Made by a program: the position numbers and the translations under genes. Positions 27,412 through 37,954 of a stretch of 64,000 nt of DNA are shown in pieces. Location of the stretch: IMG/VR virus record IMGVR_UViG_3300009537_002640, positions 142,496 to 206,495 of that record. One strand, written 5' to 3'. Positions within the stretch are counted from its first letter, which is position 1, and the number at the start of each line of letters is the position of its first letter. The notes under the pieces are model-generated. The model did not search any database, was not told the DNA's origin, and saw nothing but the letters and a program-made list of their open reading frames with translations.

Positions 27412-30303
27412 TTATACTATATTTTGTGCTACATAACAAACCTTAACTAGATGCACATTAGCATCCTTAGGATATGTATCTGTTCCAGCATCACCCCTAC
27501 GTACCAGGTTGACCACTATCAGGTCATCAGTGAGGCTTACATCTCCTGCTGATATCGCAAGGTTGTCTTCTGTACTTTGTAATTCATCAGCTGTTCCTGC
27601 CGCAGTTTGCAGATAATCAACATTTGTAGATGCTGAGGAAGCTAATTCGGTCAAAGCAAGAGATTTGTATTCAAGTCTCCACTCAACATCTCCAGCATCA
27701 GCAGTCTCTGGAGACCATATTACTTCTAGCTCGATGTCACTCAACCCATCCCAATCTGCAGGAACAGGCATTGTCCATTGAGTCCTAGAAGTACTCTTTT
27801 CTTTGTATGCCAGTCCGGGTGTGCCAGAAATATTGGTAACGTTAACTACACCGTTCTTTACGCCGCCGTCTATATCTAGCCACAAGCACTTCTTATATGT
27901 AGTGTCTAGGTTTTCCAGGCTTAGGTCACTTAGATAGCCATCAATTGCCTCAAGGGCAGATTGAACAGTATCATCTGTCATGTCTGGGCCAAACGTTGTG
28001 AACACAAGGTTGTTAGTTCCAACCAAGTCAGCACCTGCAGTAGCATTGTGCTTTGTAGTTCCACCGGCATCACTCAAGGCAATAACTGTTCCGCCATGGT
28101 TCGCATTATTTAGGTAGATGTCTGTCCAACCATTAGTTGCATTACCAAGTGAATCAGTGTTATCTGTAGCAGGTATAACATCTGAGCCATTGCCGTCTAG
28201 AACAACTCCGCCAGCACCATCTAGTGTTAGCGCACCAACCGAAGTGCTGAAGTTTGAAGCAGCATCAGCATCGATACTAACTGGGCCTATGGTATCAACA
28301 TCCATACCGCCGTCAGCAGTTACTCGGAATTGCTCAGTACCAGCTATAACCACATCGCCATCTACAGCGTTGGTTGTTATTGTTGCATCTCCACCGTCTG
28401 CATCATTATCATATGCAGTCTGGAGTGTTGTTGCCTGTGATACACCAACTGATAAATACTGGAGATAACCATCAATAGCCTCAAGAGCAGATTGTACTGT
28501 ATTGTCAACCATGTCTAATCCGAAGGTCAGACTAAAGTTTTCAAAATTTGTGCCTACTAGATCAGCACCAGCGGTAGTATTATGAGTAGTAGTACTACCA
28601 GCTGCACTTAGGGCTATAACAGCTCCACCATGTAGCGCATTGTTTAGATATATATCAGTCCAACCATTAGTTGCACTACCCAGGGAATCTGTATTGTCTG
28701 ATGCAGGGATTACATTAGAGCCATTGCCGTCTAGAACAACTCCACCGGCACCATCTATAGTGACCGTACCAGCTGTGGTTGTAATATCAGAAGAAGCACC
28801 GGCATTTACAGTGAATGCGCCAGATAAGCTTGCATCAAATGTTGCACCGTCTTGGTCAAAGTCGCTATCCAAGTCTATACCGCCTGTAGCAGTTACTTGG
28901 AACGCCTCGGTACCAGCTATTACAACATTACCATCTGTAGCATTAGTTGTAATAGTAGCATCCGAACCATTTGGATCATTATCGTATGCCCGCTGTAGTG
29001 TTACAGCATCAACCTCAGCATTGATGAAATCGCTAAAGTCGCTAAAATAAGCATCAATTGCCTCAAGAGCAGACTGGACGGTGTTGTCAAACATATCACC
29101 GCCAAAAGTCTCGAAATTGGTATAATTGGTACCAATCATATCGGCACCAGAGTAATCATTATGTATCTCTGGTCCACCTGTACCAATATCACTCAAATCT
29201 AGAGTCGCCGCATCTTCTGCAAGATATGGCAACGGTCTAAAGGTTTGAGCCTCTGGGGTTACATTGCGGTCTATAGAAATTTCCCATCTGCCCTGAGTAT
29301 CATCCCAGTGAAACTCTACGTAACCATCTGAGCCTACTTCCATCTCTATACCGGTTGTGCCAGAGAATGAGGGCTCGGTACCAACATTCAATCGCACTAA
29401 TCGGTCTTCAACGAATAGGTCTTCAGTGTTTACTGTAGTGGTGGTACCTTGAACTGTAAGGTCACCATCAATAACCATATCGGAAAGAACTCGAACATCA
29501 ATTTGTTCGGGGGAAAGATCACCAAGACGAAGTTCATTAACGCTTGTCTCGGCTCGTAAGAATTCAGAACCAGCTCCTTGGTCAACTACGAAGTCTGAAC
29601 CAGGAGATTCTAGTCTGTTTATGATATCACCAGAACTGGTAACCTCAAAAGTAAGATTAGCACTATCTACGGTGAAGTTTGAGTCTAGGTCAGCAGCTAT
29701 TGTTACTGCGCCTACGGTATCTACATCAACACCACTATCAGCTGTAACCCTAAATGCCTCGCTACCAGCGATTACAACGTCGCCGTCTAGTGCATTGGTG
29801 GTGATTGTTGCATCTCCACCATCATCATCGTTATCATAGGCTTGTTGTAGAGTAGTTGCGCTTAGAGCTGCTACTTGGGAAGCAAACGCGACACGCTCCC
29901 ATGCAAAAGCGCCATCAGAGTTTACGTAGAGATAACCATCGTTGTAGTTTGTACCAAATGAACCTTGATTTCCGGCTATAGTGCCATCTGGATTAACATT
30001 GAACATATGAATATCAATGCCAGTTACCTCATCCTCTAGACTTACAAATGCCTCATTAGCTTTGCTTTCACCTCTAACTAGAACATTGCCGCCATGAACT
30101 TCAGCATTACCAGCTATGGACAAGTATCCGTCACTGGTGCCTACTATAACGCCAACGTTGTCAGAGTCCAAGACACGAAATTCGGTGCCGCCGCCCGAGT
30201 CGCCGAGTTTTATCTCAATATTTTGGACTTCAACATTCCAATCATTGGTTTCTACGTCGCGGTTAAAACCCTGTTGTACCGCATTTTCATAATCAAAAGC
30301 CAT
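27412..30303 (-). CDS. Tail fibre protein with internal repeats, 963 aa
   Basis: Three copies each of TLQxAYDNDxxGxDATITTNAxDGxVVIAG and DNTVQSALEAID[GA]Y; C-terminal domain paralogous to the 312-aa neighbour. Confidence 0.75.
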   Translation of the reverse strand: MAFDYENAVQQGFNRDVETNDWNVEVQNIEIKLGDSGGGTEFRVLDSDNVGVIVGTSDGYLSIAGNAEVHGGNVLVRGESKANEAFVSLEDEVTGIDIHMFNVNPDGTIAGNQGSFGTNYNDGYLYVNSDGAFAWERVAFASQVAALSATTLQQAYDNDDDGGDATITTNALDGDVVIAGSEAFRVTADSGVDVDTVGAVTIAADLDSNFTVDSANLTFEVTSSGDIINRLESPGSDFVVDQGAGSEFLRAETSVNELRLGDLSPEQIDVRVLSDMVIDGDLTVQGTTTTVNTEDLFVEDRLVRLNVGTEPSFSGTTGIEMEVGSDGYVEFHWDDTQGRWEISIDRNVTPEAQTFRPLPYLAEDAATLDLSDIGTGGPEIHNDYSGADMIGTNYTNFETFGGDMFDNTVQSALEAIDAYFSDFSDFINAEVDAVTLQRAYDNDPNGSDATITTNATDGNVVIAGTEAFQVTATGGIDLDSDFDQDGATFDASLSGAFTVNAGASSDITTTAGTVTIDGAGGVVLDGNGSNVIPASDNTDSLGSATNGWTDIYLNNALHGGAVIALSAAGSTTTHNTTAGADLVGTNFENFSLTFGLDMVDNTVQSALEAIDGYLQYLSVGVSQATTLQTAYDNDADGGDATITTNAVDGDVVIAGTEQFRVTADGGMDVDTIGPVSIDADAASNFSTSVGALTLDGAGGVVLDGNGSDVIPATDNTDSLGNATNGWTDIYLNNANHGGTVIALSDAGGTTKHNATAGADLVGTNNLVFTTFGPDMTDDTVQSALEAIDGYLSDLSLENLDTTYKKCLWLDIDGGVKNGVVNVTNISGTPGLAYKEKSTSRTQWTMPVPADWDGLSDIELEVIWSPETADAGDVEWRLEYKSLALTELASSASTNVDYLQTAAGTADELQSTEDNLAISAGDVSLTDDLIVVNLVRRGDAGTDTYPKDANVHLVKVCYVAQNIV

Positions 30304-30322
30304 TTGAAAGCCTCCGTTGAGT

Positions 30323-31261
30323 TTACTCTATTCCTCTTCCTGTGTATTCCATTCTAACCAAGCCCACTTGTGCTGCAGCTCCGTATGTATCGCTGCCATC
30401 GTGTACTCTCTCTACGTTTATTATTAGAATGTCACCAGCATTTATATCTAATGATGATATAGCTAAATTTTGCCCCGTATCGGTTAGCCTATTTGCTACT
30501 CCCGGGGACGCTTGAACAAATGAAACCGAAGTCATAGTGCTATCTACATCATCAGAATCACTTGTAAGGGATCTATATCGGATATTCCAGTGTACATCTC
30601 CTGCGCTTGCATTTCTCGGAGACCAGAATACCTTGACGACTATATCTGTCCCGAACACATAATCCTCTGGAACAGATGCAGAGTATCTCACTCTGCCTAC
30701 GCCGCTGGGTTTGTCTAAAAATCCAAGAACTGGGGAATCATTTACATGGCCTATTTGAACATTGCCATTTTTCATGCCTCCAAATATATCAAAATCCTTA
30801 TATTTGGAGAGGTCTTGACCAACACTAAAGCTGAGGTTTGCTACATATGCATCTAGTGACTCCAGGGCCTCTTGAACCGTATCTCCTTCTGCAAGGAAAG
30901 AGTTAGAGTCGTCATAGAGTACCTGGTAGCCATCTATCAGTCCATTTATAGATGCCCGCTCATCAATAACTTCCAGCACTATGCCGCTTGCTATTTCTAC
31001 CCGAGCTATCTTGGTGCTGAGAGTAGGAAAACCAGTGGTATTATCTAATACCAGCTGGTCATACTCATCTAGATAAACATAAAATGTAGCCGTTGCCCCG
31101 ACCCAGCTCGGATCAGACACATTCACAATGCCAGCAAAAGTCTTCCCGCTAGCGTAATTGCCGCCAGCGATATTTATCGCGTCGGCGCTAGCGTAGGACT
31201 TGGTAGCACGGAGGGCATCAAAATGCCCCTGTAACTGTCCTGAAGTGGGTTTATTGGTCAT
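30323..31261 (-). CDS. Tail-fibre-associated protein, 312 aa
   Basis: TVQEALESLDAY motif; C-terminal domain similar to that of the 963-aa protein. Confidence 0.65.
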   Translation of the reverse strand: MTNKPTSGQLQGHFDALRATKSYASADAINIAGGNYASGKTFAGIVNVSDPSWVGATATFYVYLDEYDQLVLDNTTGFPTLSTKIARVEIASGIVLEVIDERASINGLIDGYQVLYDDSNSFLAEGDTVQEALESLDAYVANLSFSVGQDLSKYKDFDIFGGMKNGNVQIGHVNDSPVLGFLDKPSGVGRVRYSASVPEDYVFGTDIVVKVFWSPRNASAGDVHWNIRYRSLTSDSDDVDSTMTSVSFVQASPGVANRLTDTGQNLAISSLDINAGDILIINVERVHDGSDTYGAAAQVGLVRMEYTGRGIE

Positions 31262-31300
31262 AGATTCGCCTTAGACCACGGCCCTTATCTATACCGTGGA

Positions 31301-31310
31301 TTATTAATAG
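31301..31310 (-). promoter_or_regulatory. Putative late promoter motif (CTATTAATAA)
   Basis: Intergenic TAYTAATA copy, 40 nt upstream of the ATG at 31261. Confidence 0.5.
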
Positions 31311-31341
31311 AATTATCCCTGTATTAAATTGTACTTAGGCA

Positions 31342-31557
31342 TTATGAGATGCCTTCAATGCTCTTAATTGCTGTCACGTAGCCATCAAAAAAATCATCTA
31401 CAGTATCAGTAAAAACCGGTGTATCTACATTGAGATGAACTGTCTTAGCTAACGCCGGGTCACCATCATCACAAACCCTGTATACAAATTTCGCTGAATT
31501 GGCGCCATTTTCATCGCCCAATATAACCAATCTTACTGATTCTAGTTGCTTAGCCAT
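31342..31557 (-). CDS. Small hypothetical protein, 71 aa
   Basis: GGAGG RBS; ends FFDGYVTAIKSIEGIS. Confidence 0.6.
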   Translation of the reverse strand: MAKQLESVRLVILGDENGANSAKFVYRVCDDGDPALAKTVHLNVDTPVFTDTVDDFFDGYVTAIKSIEGIS

Positions 31558-31580
31558 CGCTTAAATCCTCCTGATATTTA

Positions 31581-33374
31581 TTATGTTAATGTAGTGGAAT
31601 ATGTAGTTCCACTAATCCTTACTTTTAACTCCCGTGTTCCGCCGTTATCTGTTATCCAAACATCGCCGTCTTCTAGCGTTGTTGGGTCAGAAGCAAAAAC
31701 TGGGACATTGAGTGGGGCCAATTCTGTATCAGCTCCTGCTCGAATCTTATTAGCTACCTCAAACTCCTCAGCTACATATCCATCTCCCTGCACATATAGC
31801 TTGGCGCTTGGGTTATTTACGCCTATACCCAAATTGCCAACACTGGTTAGGCGTATATGCTCAGTAAAAACACCATCGTCCATCAGCTCAATTGCCAGAT
31901 AGGTATTCTCTGACGAATCGGTAGCATCCTCTGTGCCTGAAGTAATCCTACTGGCATTAAACAAGGCACCACCAGTATTCTCCAATCTGGTGAGTATGCC
32001 TGAGCCAATCCCGGTTAAAGCACCTATAGGGTGAGAGGTAGTTCTCTCTACAATGGTAGAATCTACTACTGTGCTTCTACTTGCTGTATCTTTCTGTATC
32101 AACAGAGTAGACTTAGTTTCATCGATTGATTTAACCCTCAATCCCTCTGCAGCTCCCTCATGATTCACATCCAGGGTGGGAGTTGGGTTGGTGCCTGCAC
32201 TTGTTCTCAATCTTAATGCAGAGCCAGTTGTTAAAGTCTGAGTAAACCTTATTTGGCCGTCGTCTACTGTTATGTTTTTAGCACCACTTGGACTATTATC
32301 GTAAGCGTTCTGTAGGTTGGTTGTTCCTCCACCTCCTCCGCCTAGAGAGCCGGGAAGAATCATAACATCAACTACAGCATCATAATCTACATTATCGGCG
32401 AACTCTATACTGGTAGTATCTCTTTCCACATAACATTGTGGAGAGAACTGAGCGACACCATTCAGGAAGACCAATAACCTATCTTTGCCTAATGGATATT
32501 CATAGCCGTCCAGAGTGTATACTGTATTAAATGGAGTATTATCTGCATCGGAACCATACTTTCTGATATGGTATACTTGTCCAGTAATCCCTATGCTCTG
32601 CAGATACCCATCAATCTCTGTTATGGCATCCTGGACATTGTTGGCAAAGATAATGCTGTTGCCAGAATCATCATAACCTATTTGATACGCATCTATATCT
32701 ACTCTAAGCTCAGGACAATCTTCAGTTGGTACAACTATCAGACCGTCGCCAGCTATACTCTGAATATCCAGAGATACCTGAGTATATCCTTCAACCGTCT
32801 CTACGTTTATATTACATCCAGCTATAACTTCGTAGCCATCCCCACTGCCTCCTTGGTGAGGGCCTACTCCGAACGCTACCAAATCTGGGTCTAAGTCTTC
32901 AGGAGCAAACTTAAGGAACTCTCTGATGGGCGCCCAGGCATAAGTTATTTGAGTCCTAAACCCAGGAGTGGTTACAACCGGTGTATAGGTCTTAATCTGA
33001 AATGTCTTATAGTTTATAGCATACTGGCCAGCAGAAGTAAGTGTTGTAGCAAAATCTACTTCGGTGGCAAATATAGCTGCTGCAGTAACACCAGCATCTT
33101 CGCTGGTAAACGTAACAGATGTGGTTTGTCCACCAGTAGCACCGCCTATATCATCTCTAGCAGCATTTAACACGCTGCCTTCTTCAGTTAGGCCAGCTCC
33201 CGGGCCGCGCTGTAGGGTTATCAATGAACCAGGTGGCAAGGATACAATATCAGCGGCAGTGACTAATTCAAGAGTCACTTCCTCTACGATACGCTCATCA
33301 CCACTATGTTGGTGTCCGGTTCGAGCAGCAACTCGCTCTAAACGAACAACCCTGGTATCATTAATAACGGTCAT
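31581..33374 (-). CDS. Tail-fibre-like protein, 597 aa
   Basis: NVQDAITEIDGY, TTNLQNAYDN and GNLGIGVNNPSAKLYVQGDGY fibre motifs. Confidence 0.7.
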   Translation of the reverse strand: MTVINDTRVVRLERVAARTGHQHSGDERIVEEVTLELVTAADIVSLPPGSLITLQRGPGAGLTEEGSVLNAARDDIGGATGGQTTSVTFTSEDAGVTAAAIFATEVDFATTLTSAGQYAINYKTFQIKTYTPVVTTPGFRTQITYAWAPIREFLKFAPEDLDPDLVAFGVGPHQGGSGDGYEVIAGCNINVETVEGYTQVSLDIQSIAGDGLIVVPTEDCPELRVDIDAYQIGYDDSGNSIIFANNVQDAITEIDGYLQSIGITGQVYHIRKYGSDADNTPFNTVYTLDGYEYPLGKDRLLVFLNGVAQFSPQCYVERDTTSIEFADNVDYDAVVDVMILPGSLGGGGGGTTNLQNAYDNSPSGAKNITVDDGQIRFTQTLTTGSALRLRTSAGTNPTPTLDVNHEGAAEGLRVKSIDETKSTLLIQKDTASRSTVVDSTIVERTTSHPIGALTGIGSGILTRLENTGGALFNASRITSGTEDATDSSENTYLAIELMDDGVFTEHIRLTSVGNLGIGVNNPSAKLYVQGDGYVAEEFEVANKIRAGADTELAPLNVPVFASDPTTLEDGDVWITDNGGTRELKVRISGTTYSTTLT

Positions 33375-33380
33375 CTAAGT

Positions 33381-33590
33381 TTACACCTTTTTCAGAACAC
33401 TGCAGTTTATCTTTATCATCTCCCCGCAGTCAAACCTAACGCGAGTCCAACTTCTTTTGTCTCCCATGAGATTTAATACTATACTGCTGCACTCACAAAA
33501 ACATCTATGTCTGTGTAGTTCAACATACTTCTCCTCTGTTATTTCCACAGGAGCATTCTTTTTCATTTCTACAAGAGGATGCTTAGACAT
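33381..33590 (-). CDS. Small Cys-containing (possible zinc-binding) protein, 69 aa
   Basis: HRCFCEC...DCG...NC; GGAG RBS. Confidence 0.5.
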   Translation of the reverse strand: MSKHPLVEMKKNAPVEITEEKYVELHRHRCFCECSSIVLNLMGDKRSWTRVRFDCGEMIKINCSVLKKV

Positions 33591-33599
33591 AGTAACTCC

Positions 33600-36500
33600 T
33601 TATGTTAAGTACGCCAATGCAATCATATCTACCTGTGGCGCCTTACCAGATGCATTGGTTGTTAACGTTATCTCTATATAGATGTCTTTATCTATAATAT
33701 CTGTAGCTGGAGGGTCGAACGCTATGTTGATATCCTTATTCTTGCCAAACTTAAAACCAGATTGAGGGGATACTTCGAAGTCAGTGGTTAAGTACCAGTT
33801 GGCATTTGTGTGTGGAGGAATAGCTGCATAAGGATCATCTGTGCTTATACGAATATCTATCTGGCTACTATTATTACCCAAGTCAAATCTAGTGGAATTT
33901 TGGTCCCAGTCAGCAGGAGCTGTAATATTAACATTCCTATACGATGTACCAGCAGCAAATCCAAAGACCATAAATCGTATATTGGACCCCTGAACTCCTG
34001 TAGGATTAGTGGTCAGTCTTATCCTCTTGCTGCGCCACACATATTTGGCAGTGCTAGCTCCAGTAGGATTAGCTTCAGTTCCCCCGTGTGAATTAGGAAC
34101 ACTTATTTTAGAGCCCCAGAAGTTTGCAGCGAACAAATCAACTCCAACCGTACCAGTATTGTTCTCTGTAAGCTGGTCATTAGATAGGTGCTGCGAAAAA
34201 GCCTCTGGATTAGCCAGATCTATAAGCGTCAAGTTAGTAAAAGCACCATCGTTCACATAGGCCACAATACCATTGTTGGCATCCCAAGCTTGTATTTCAG
34301 CGTCTGTAACTCCTAAAGGAACAGCACGGGCATTTTGAGCGACAGTAAATTGAGATAAACTACCTCCGTCACAGAATATAGTGCCATTAGAGCCGTCTAC
34401 CTCAGAGCCACGAACAGTTCTATATACAGCTGAAGAGTTATCATCTACAATGCGAATCCTTCTGTTTATCATAAACGCTCTAAATGAATCAGAAGATACC
34501 TGAAATGCACCACCTGAAGTTCCATCAGTAATAAATGCAATCTCACTAGCAATGTTATCTATACCATTTGCTGATAATACATCTTCATTAGTTGCCTCGT
34601 CGTAACAGGTTGAGGCTTCAGTAACAGTGGCATCATTTCCAGTAGCATGGAAAATGGACGCTCTGCCGATAGCTCTTCCTTGGTCATCATTTCTGGTACT
34701 TCCAAGATTGGTAACAAATGGGCCTCTATACTGAAAAGTATCTAGCTGTGGAATAGCTACAGCCGAACTCGCTCCCCAAGGAGAGGCATCAAAGGTACAC
34801 GAATCTCCTGCGTCTATAGGGGCATTCATTCTGACCGTGACGTATACGTTTTCTCCATGCCTTGTAAGAATATCATTGGCTGTTATGCTCTGAACACCGG
34901 AACTAAAGTTATGTTCGCATGCTTGTTCAGTATTGTCCTGGTTGTCTGCATCGTCATCCATTACATTGTAGCCGTCGTAACCGTCGTTCAGATATCCATC
35001 GATAATATCTACGTCTATTTGAACATCTAAGATTTCTGGCGGAACTACATCTATACAGAACTCCTCATCATTATTATCAATAGGGTCTGCATCCAGCGGC
35101 AACTTATGGCTACAGTTTATAGCGGTATGCAAAATAAACTCTGTGCACCCACTTGTATCAGGAGGATTGCTCACTGTCAAAGTAGCTGTAAACGTATCAC
35201 CTGGAAGTGAGCCACTTAATGGAGACAGAGTTCCTTTATTTGGGTCGGCTATAGTTATTTCTGGAAGCTCACTCAAACAATCATTAAAAATGAATCTTAC
35301 TCCATGAGTTCCATCACATAGAATTGGAGAGGTTAGGTTGTATGCACCCGTATTATCTCTTCGCCATCTAATAGAACTAATCCTAGGCGGCGTATCATCT
35401 AATCTAATCTGTAAGTTTCTGGTAGTTTCTGAACAGTTAGATTGCTTTCTCGCCCTAATTCTAAAATTGGTAGTTGTGAGAGAAGTGCACCCCTGGTTTT
35501 CTTCAATGCCAGAGGCGCCTAGATCCCACGTTATCTTCTTATTCACCGCATAAACGGTAGGGTCAGGAATAGTGAACCTACCGTTCGGCGAGGAATAAAG
35601 AATTTCGGTGAAGTCAGAGACATCCATGTAGGCATCTACTGACTCCCCGAACTTAAGGCAGAACTGGCCAGCTGGGTAAATTAAGTCGAGGCTCTCATCA
35701 AATGATTCGATTACGGGAAAATCGTTATCAAATAATACTAGAGCATCGCCCACTGTAGAAGTACTTTCATTGGCTATATTGCCAAGGAAATCTTCAGCGG
35801 TTACATTAATGTCGGCGTACCCATTGGGCTGGCCAGTTCTTGCCACAACTGTCCCCGTCCAGATGCCCGAGCCAGGAGAAGTCTCGGTTAAGGCAACAGT
35901 TGATTGTATTGCATCACCTGCATCGACATCTACAGATGTAGCTAATGCGTATCCATCCGTGCTGGTTGTGACGGTGACGTCAAAGCTTTGTCCAGCTCGC
36001 ACGGCGGTTTGTTGAGTACCTGTAAAAGCACAAATGGGGTACTCGAATGTTATGCTTATTATATTAGGCCCTAAGGTGCGTCTCTCTACTACGATGGTCT
36101 TAGTGTCATTAGTGTGACTTCCCCCAAATATGAAATAGAAATATCCATCAGGGAAACCATCTACAGAATCAAATTCTGGGTCATCGAAACTAAATACTCC
36201 GGTAGTAAATTGAACCTCGCCATCCTTGCGATTGCCAGAGATAAATGTCTCGGTAGCAGTCGCGACCTCTTCAAATAAAAATTCGCCCTCAGTCAACACG
36301 GTGGTCGGCTGAAGGCTGTCGATTAGTGTAGCGTTCTTAAGAACGGTATATGTAATTGTGGGAAGAGGCTCACCGTCTATGGTGTGCCTTAGAGTTACGC
36401 CCCTTATTTCTAGGTCGCCTGAACCCATAACAAATTGGTTAAAGCCATACCTTGTGATGGAGCCGGAAGTTGCTGGGCCCGCAACATTGCCTAAGGTTCC

Positions 36501-37187
36501 TGAGCCTGCGCCAGAAACCTCTAATTCATCTACTTCTATAAAGGGATAGTAGCCATCTCCGGAAGAGACAACTATTGTGTCGCCGTCACCATCTGTTAAC
36601 TCAGTCCAACTGCGCTCTACACCAAACGGATCTACAAAGTAGAACTCGTCATTCTTGATATAGATACCACCTTTACCAAGTTCAAATGGGTTGGTGTCAA
36701 GGTTAGGAAGAACTAGACCATCGCCTAATTCTAATTGACAGGCGATATAAGCATCGCCTAATACCTGGAGCGCAAGTCCACAAGGGCTCGCATGCTCTAC
36801 AGATAGAACGGGCTCGTCAAAGAATTCGTCTGATACACTAAATTGCACTAGAGGAAGCGCAGGAGAAGGGTTGGAAGAGAACACACTAAGGCCCCTTCCG
36901 ATGTTTTCGGAATTATCAATATCTACTGCAGCATCAGCGGTAGATGTATTTCCAGTTTGTTGTACGAAAAGAGCAGAGCCAGTGCCTGCGTTGATAAGAG
37001 TAAAGACATCTCCAGCACCAGTGCCGGTCTTATTAATACCAGACGCAGGAGATGTTAAAGTACGAATCGCCGTAGTGATCAGATACTGTGGATGGTCATC
37101 ATCCAATAATCCCGTCAGTAAACCATGATCATTATAACCGTCACCGCCCGTGCCTCCCGTAAAACGTCTGCCGACAAACTTAGACAC
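33600..37187 (-). CDS. Large tail/fibre-associated protein with Ig-like domains, 1195 aa
   Basis: GTG start with AGGAG RBS; N-terminal DHGLLTGLLDDDHPQY motif typical of phage fibres; 7 DGY; many scattered Cys. Confidence 0.7.
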   Translation of the reverse strand: MSKFVGRRFTGGTGGDGYNDHGLLTGLLDDDHPQYLITTAIRTLTSPASGINKTGTGAGDVFTLINAGTGSALFVQQTGNTSTADAAVDIDNSENIGRGLSVFSSNPSPALPLVQFSVSDEFFDEPVLSVEHASPCGLALQVLGDAYIACQLELGDGLVLPNLDTNPFELGKGGIYIKNDEFYFVDPFGVERSWTELTDGDGDTIVVSSGDGYYPFIEVDELEVSGAGSGTLGNVAGPATSGSITRYGFNQFVMGSGDLEIRGVTLRHTIDGEPLPTITYTVLKNATLIDSLQPTTVLTEGEFLFEEVATATETFISGNRKDGEVQFTTGVFSFDDPEFDSVDGFPDGYFYFIFGGSHTNDTKTIVVERRTLGPNIISITFEYPICAFTGTQQTAVRAGQSFDVTVTTSTDGYALATSVDVDAGDAIQSTVALTETSPGSGIWTGTVVARTGQPNGYADINVTAEDFLGNIANESTSTVGDALVLFDNDFPVIESFDESLDLIYPAGQFCLKFGESVDAYMDVSDFTEILYSSPNGRFTIPDPTVYAVNKKITWDLGASGIEENQGCTSLTTTNFRIRARKQSNCSETTRNLQIRLDDTPPRISSIRWRRDNTGAYNLTSPILCDGTHGVRFIFNDCLSELPEITIADPNKGTLSPLSGSLPGDTFTATLTVSNPPDTSGCTEFILHTAINCSHKLPLDADPIDNNDEEFCIDVVPPEILDVQIDVDIIDGYLNDGYDGYNVMDDDADNQDNTEQACEHNFSSGVQSITANDILTRHGENVYVTVRMNAPIDAGDSCTFDASPWGASSAVAIPQLDTFQYRGPFVTNLGSTRNDDQGRAIGRASIFHATGNDATVTEASTCYDEATNEDVLSANGIDNIASEIAFITDGTSGGAFQVSSDSFRAFMINRRIRIVDDNSSAVYRTVRGSEVDGSNGTIFCDGGSLSQFTVAQNARAVPLGVTDAEIQAWDANNGIVAYVNDGAFTNLTLIDLANPEAFSQHLSNDQLTENNTGTVGVDLFAANFWGSKISVPNSHGGTEANPTGASTAKYVWRSKRIRLTTNPTGVQGSNIRFMVFGFAAGTSYRNVNITAPADWDQNSTRFDLGNNSSQIDIRISTDDPYAAIPPHTNANWYLTTDFEVSPQSGFKFGKNKDINIAFDPPATDIIDKDIYIEITLTTNASGKAPQVDMIALAYLT

Positions 37188-37207
37188 GCTATTTTCTCCT
37201 GTTTATA

Positions 37208-37519
37208 TTATGCCTGGTGTCTCCATGCCTCTACTCTAACGAGTACAGGATCGCCTGGTGTAGCCCTCCGAAACCACACTTTGTTTTGAAATCTGTTATC
37301 AAAGACTATCCCTTCGCTGGGCCTGAGCGGAGTCATATCTCCGTGTACAGTTGTCCCATCGAAAGAATATTGAATTACATCAGCCTGGTTATCACTTTCT
37401 ACCATCAGTGCTATTCCCACCGAGGTAAAATTCCAACCAACTCTGTGGTCAGAAAATGAAGTTGAGCTGACGTATAGTTTGTCAAAGAAATTGATGTCTT
37501 TGCGCCGATTAGTCGCCAT
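37208..37519 (-). CDS. Small beta-sandwich protein, 103 aa
   Basis: GGAGG RBS; beta-strand pattern. Confidence 0.6.
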   Translation of the reverse strand: MATNRRKDINFFDKLYVSSTSFSDHRVGWNFTSVGIALMVESDNQADVIQYSFDGTTVHGDMTPLRPSEGIVFDNRFQNKVWFRRATPGDPVLVRVEAWRHQA

Positions 37520-37574
37520 TGACTAAACCTCCTGTAAAAGCTGGACACACTTATAGGGTTCAATAAAGGCGAAA

Positions 37575-37584
37575 ATATTAGTAT
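37575..37584 (-). promoter_or_regulatory. Putative late promoter motif (ATACTAATAT)
   Basis: Intergenic TAYTAATA copy, 56 nt upstream of the ATG at 37519. Confidence 0.55.
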
Positions 37585-37630
37585 ATGCGGGAAGGTAAAA
37601 TAAGGTAGGACGAGCCACAAAGACTCGTTA

Positions 37631-37954
37631 TTATTGAGGTAATTGGGATATTTTAGCTATTAAATAGTCTTCATAAAACTGCTCTAATCTGGTAGGTTTG
37701 TATATTTGTCCGGTCTCGGCAAACCCTAAACCCATATCGGTAGTTATAGACTTTTCGACTAAATAACTATCTATTGGCTTGCTGTAGTCTATAAAATCGA
37801 TGGAGTTTAACTGTTTGAACCAAGGATACATGTTTATAACTACTCTCATACTCAGTGATGACTCTAGGCTTACCACAACCCTGGTGCTTGTGTCCAGCTC
37901 TACACGCCACCAGTGCAAATCGGTGCACTTCTCTAGGATATCAGATGCCCTCAT
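37631..37954 (-). CDS. Hypothetical protein, 107 aa
   Basis: Intact ORF overlapping the upstream stop. Confidence 0.5.
   Translation of the reverse strand: MRASDILEKCTDLHWWRVELDTSTRVVVSLESSLSMRVVINMYPWFKQLNSIDFIDYSKPIDSYLVEKSITTDMGLGFAETGQIYKPTRLEQFYEDYLIAKISQLPQ

Noticed and set aside
5801-37187. DGY as part of Dx[DN]xDG calcium-binding loops
   Set aside because: Most copies are preceded by hydrophobic helical residues (LDGY, IDGY) and lack the D-x-D-x-D spacing
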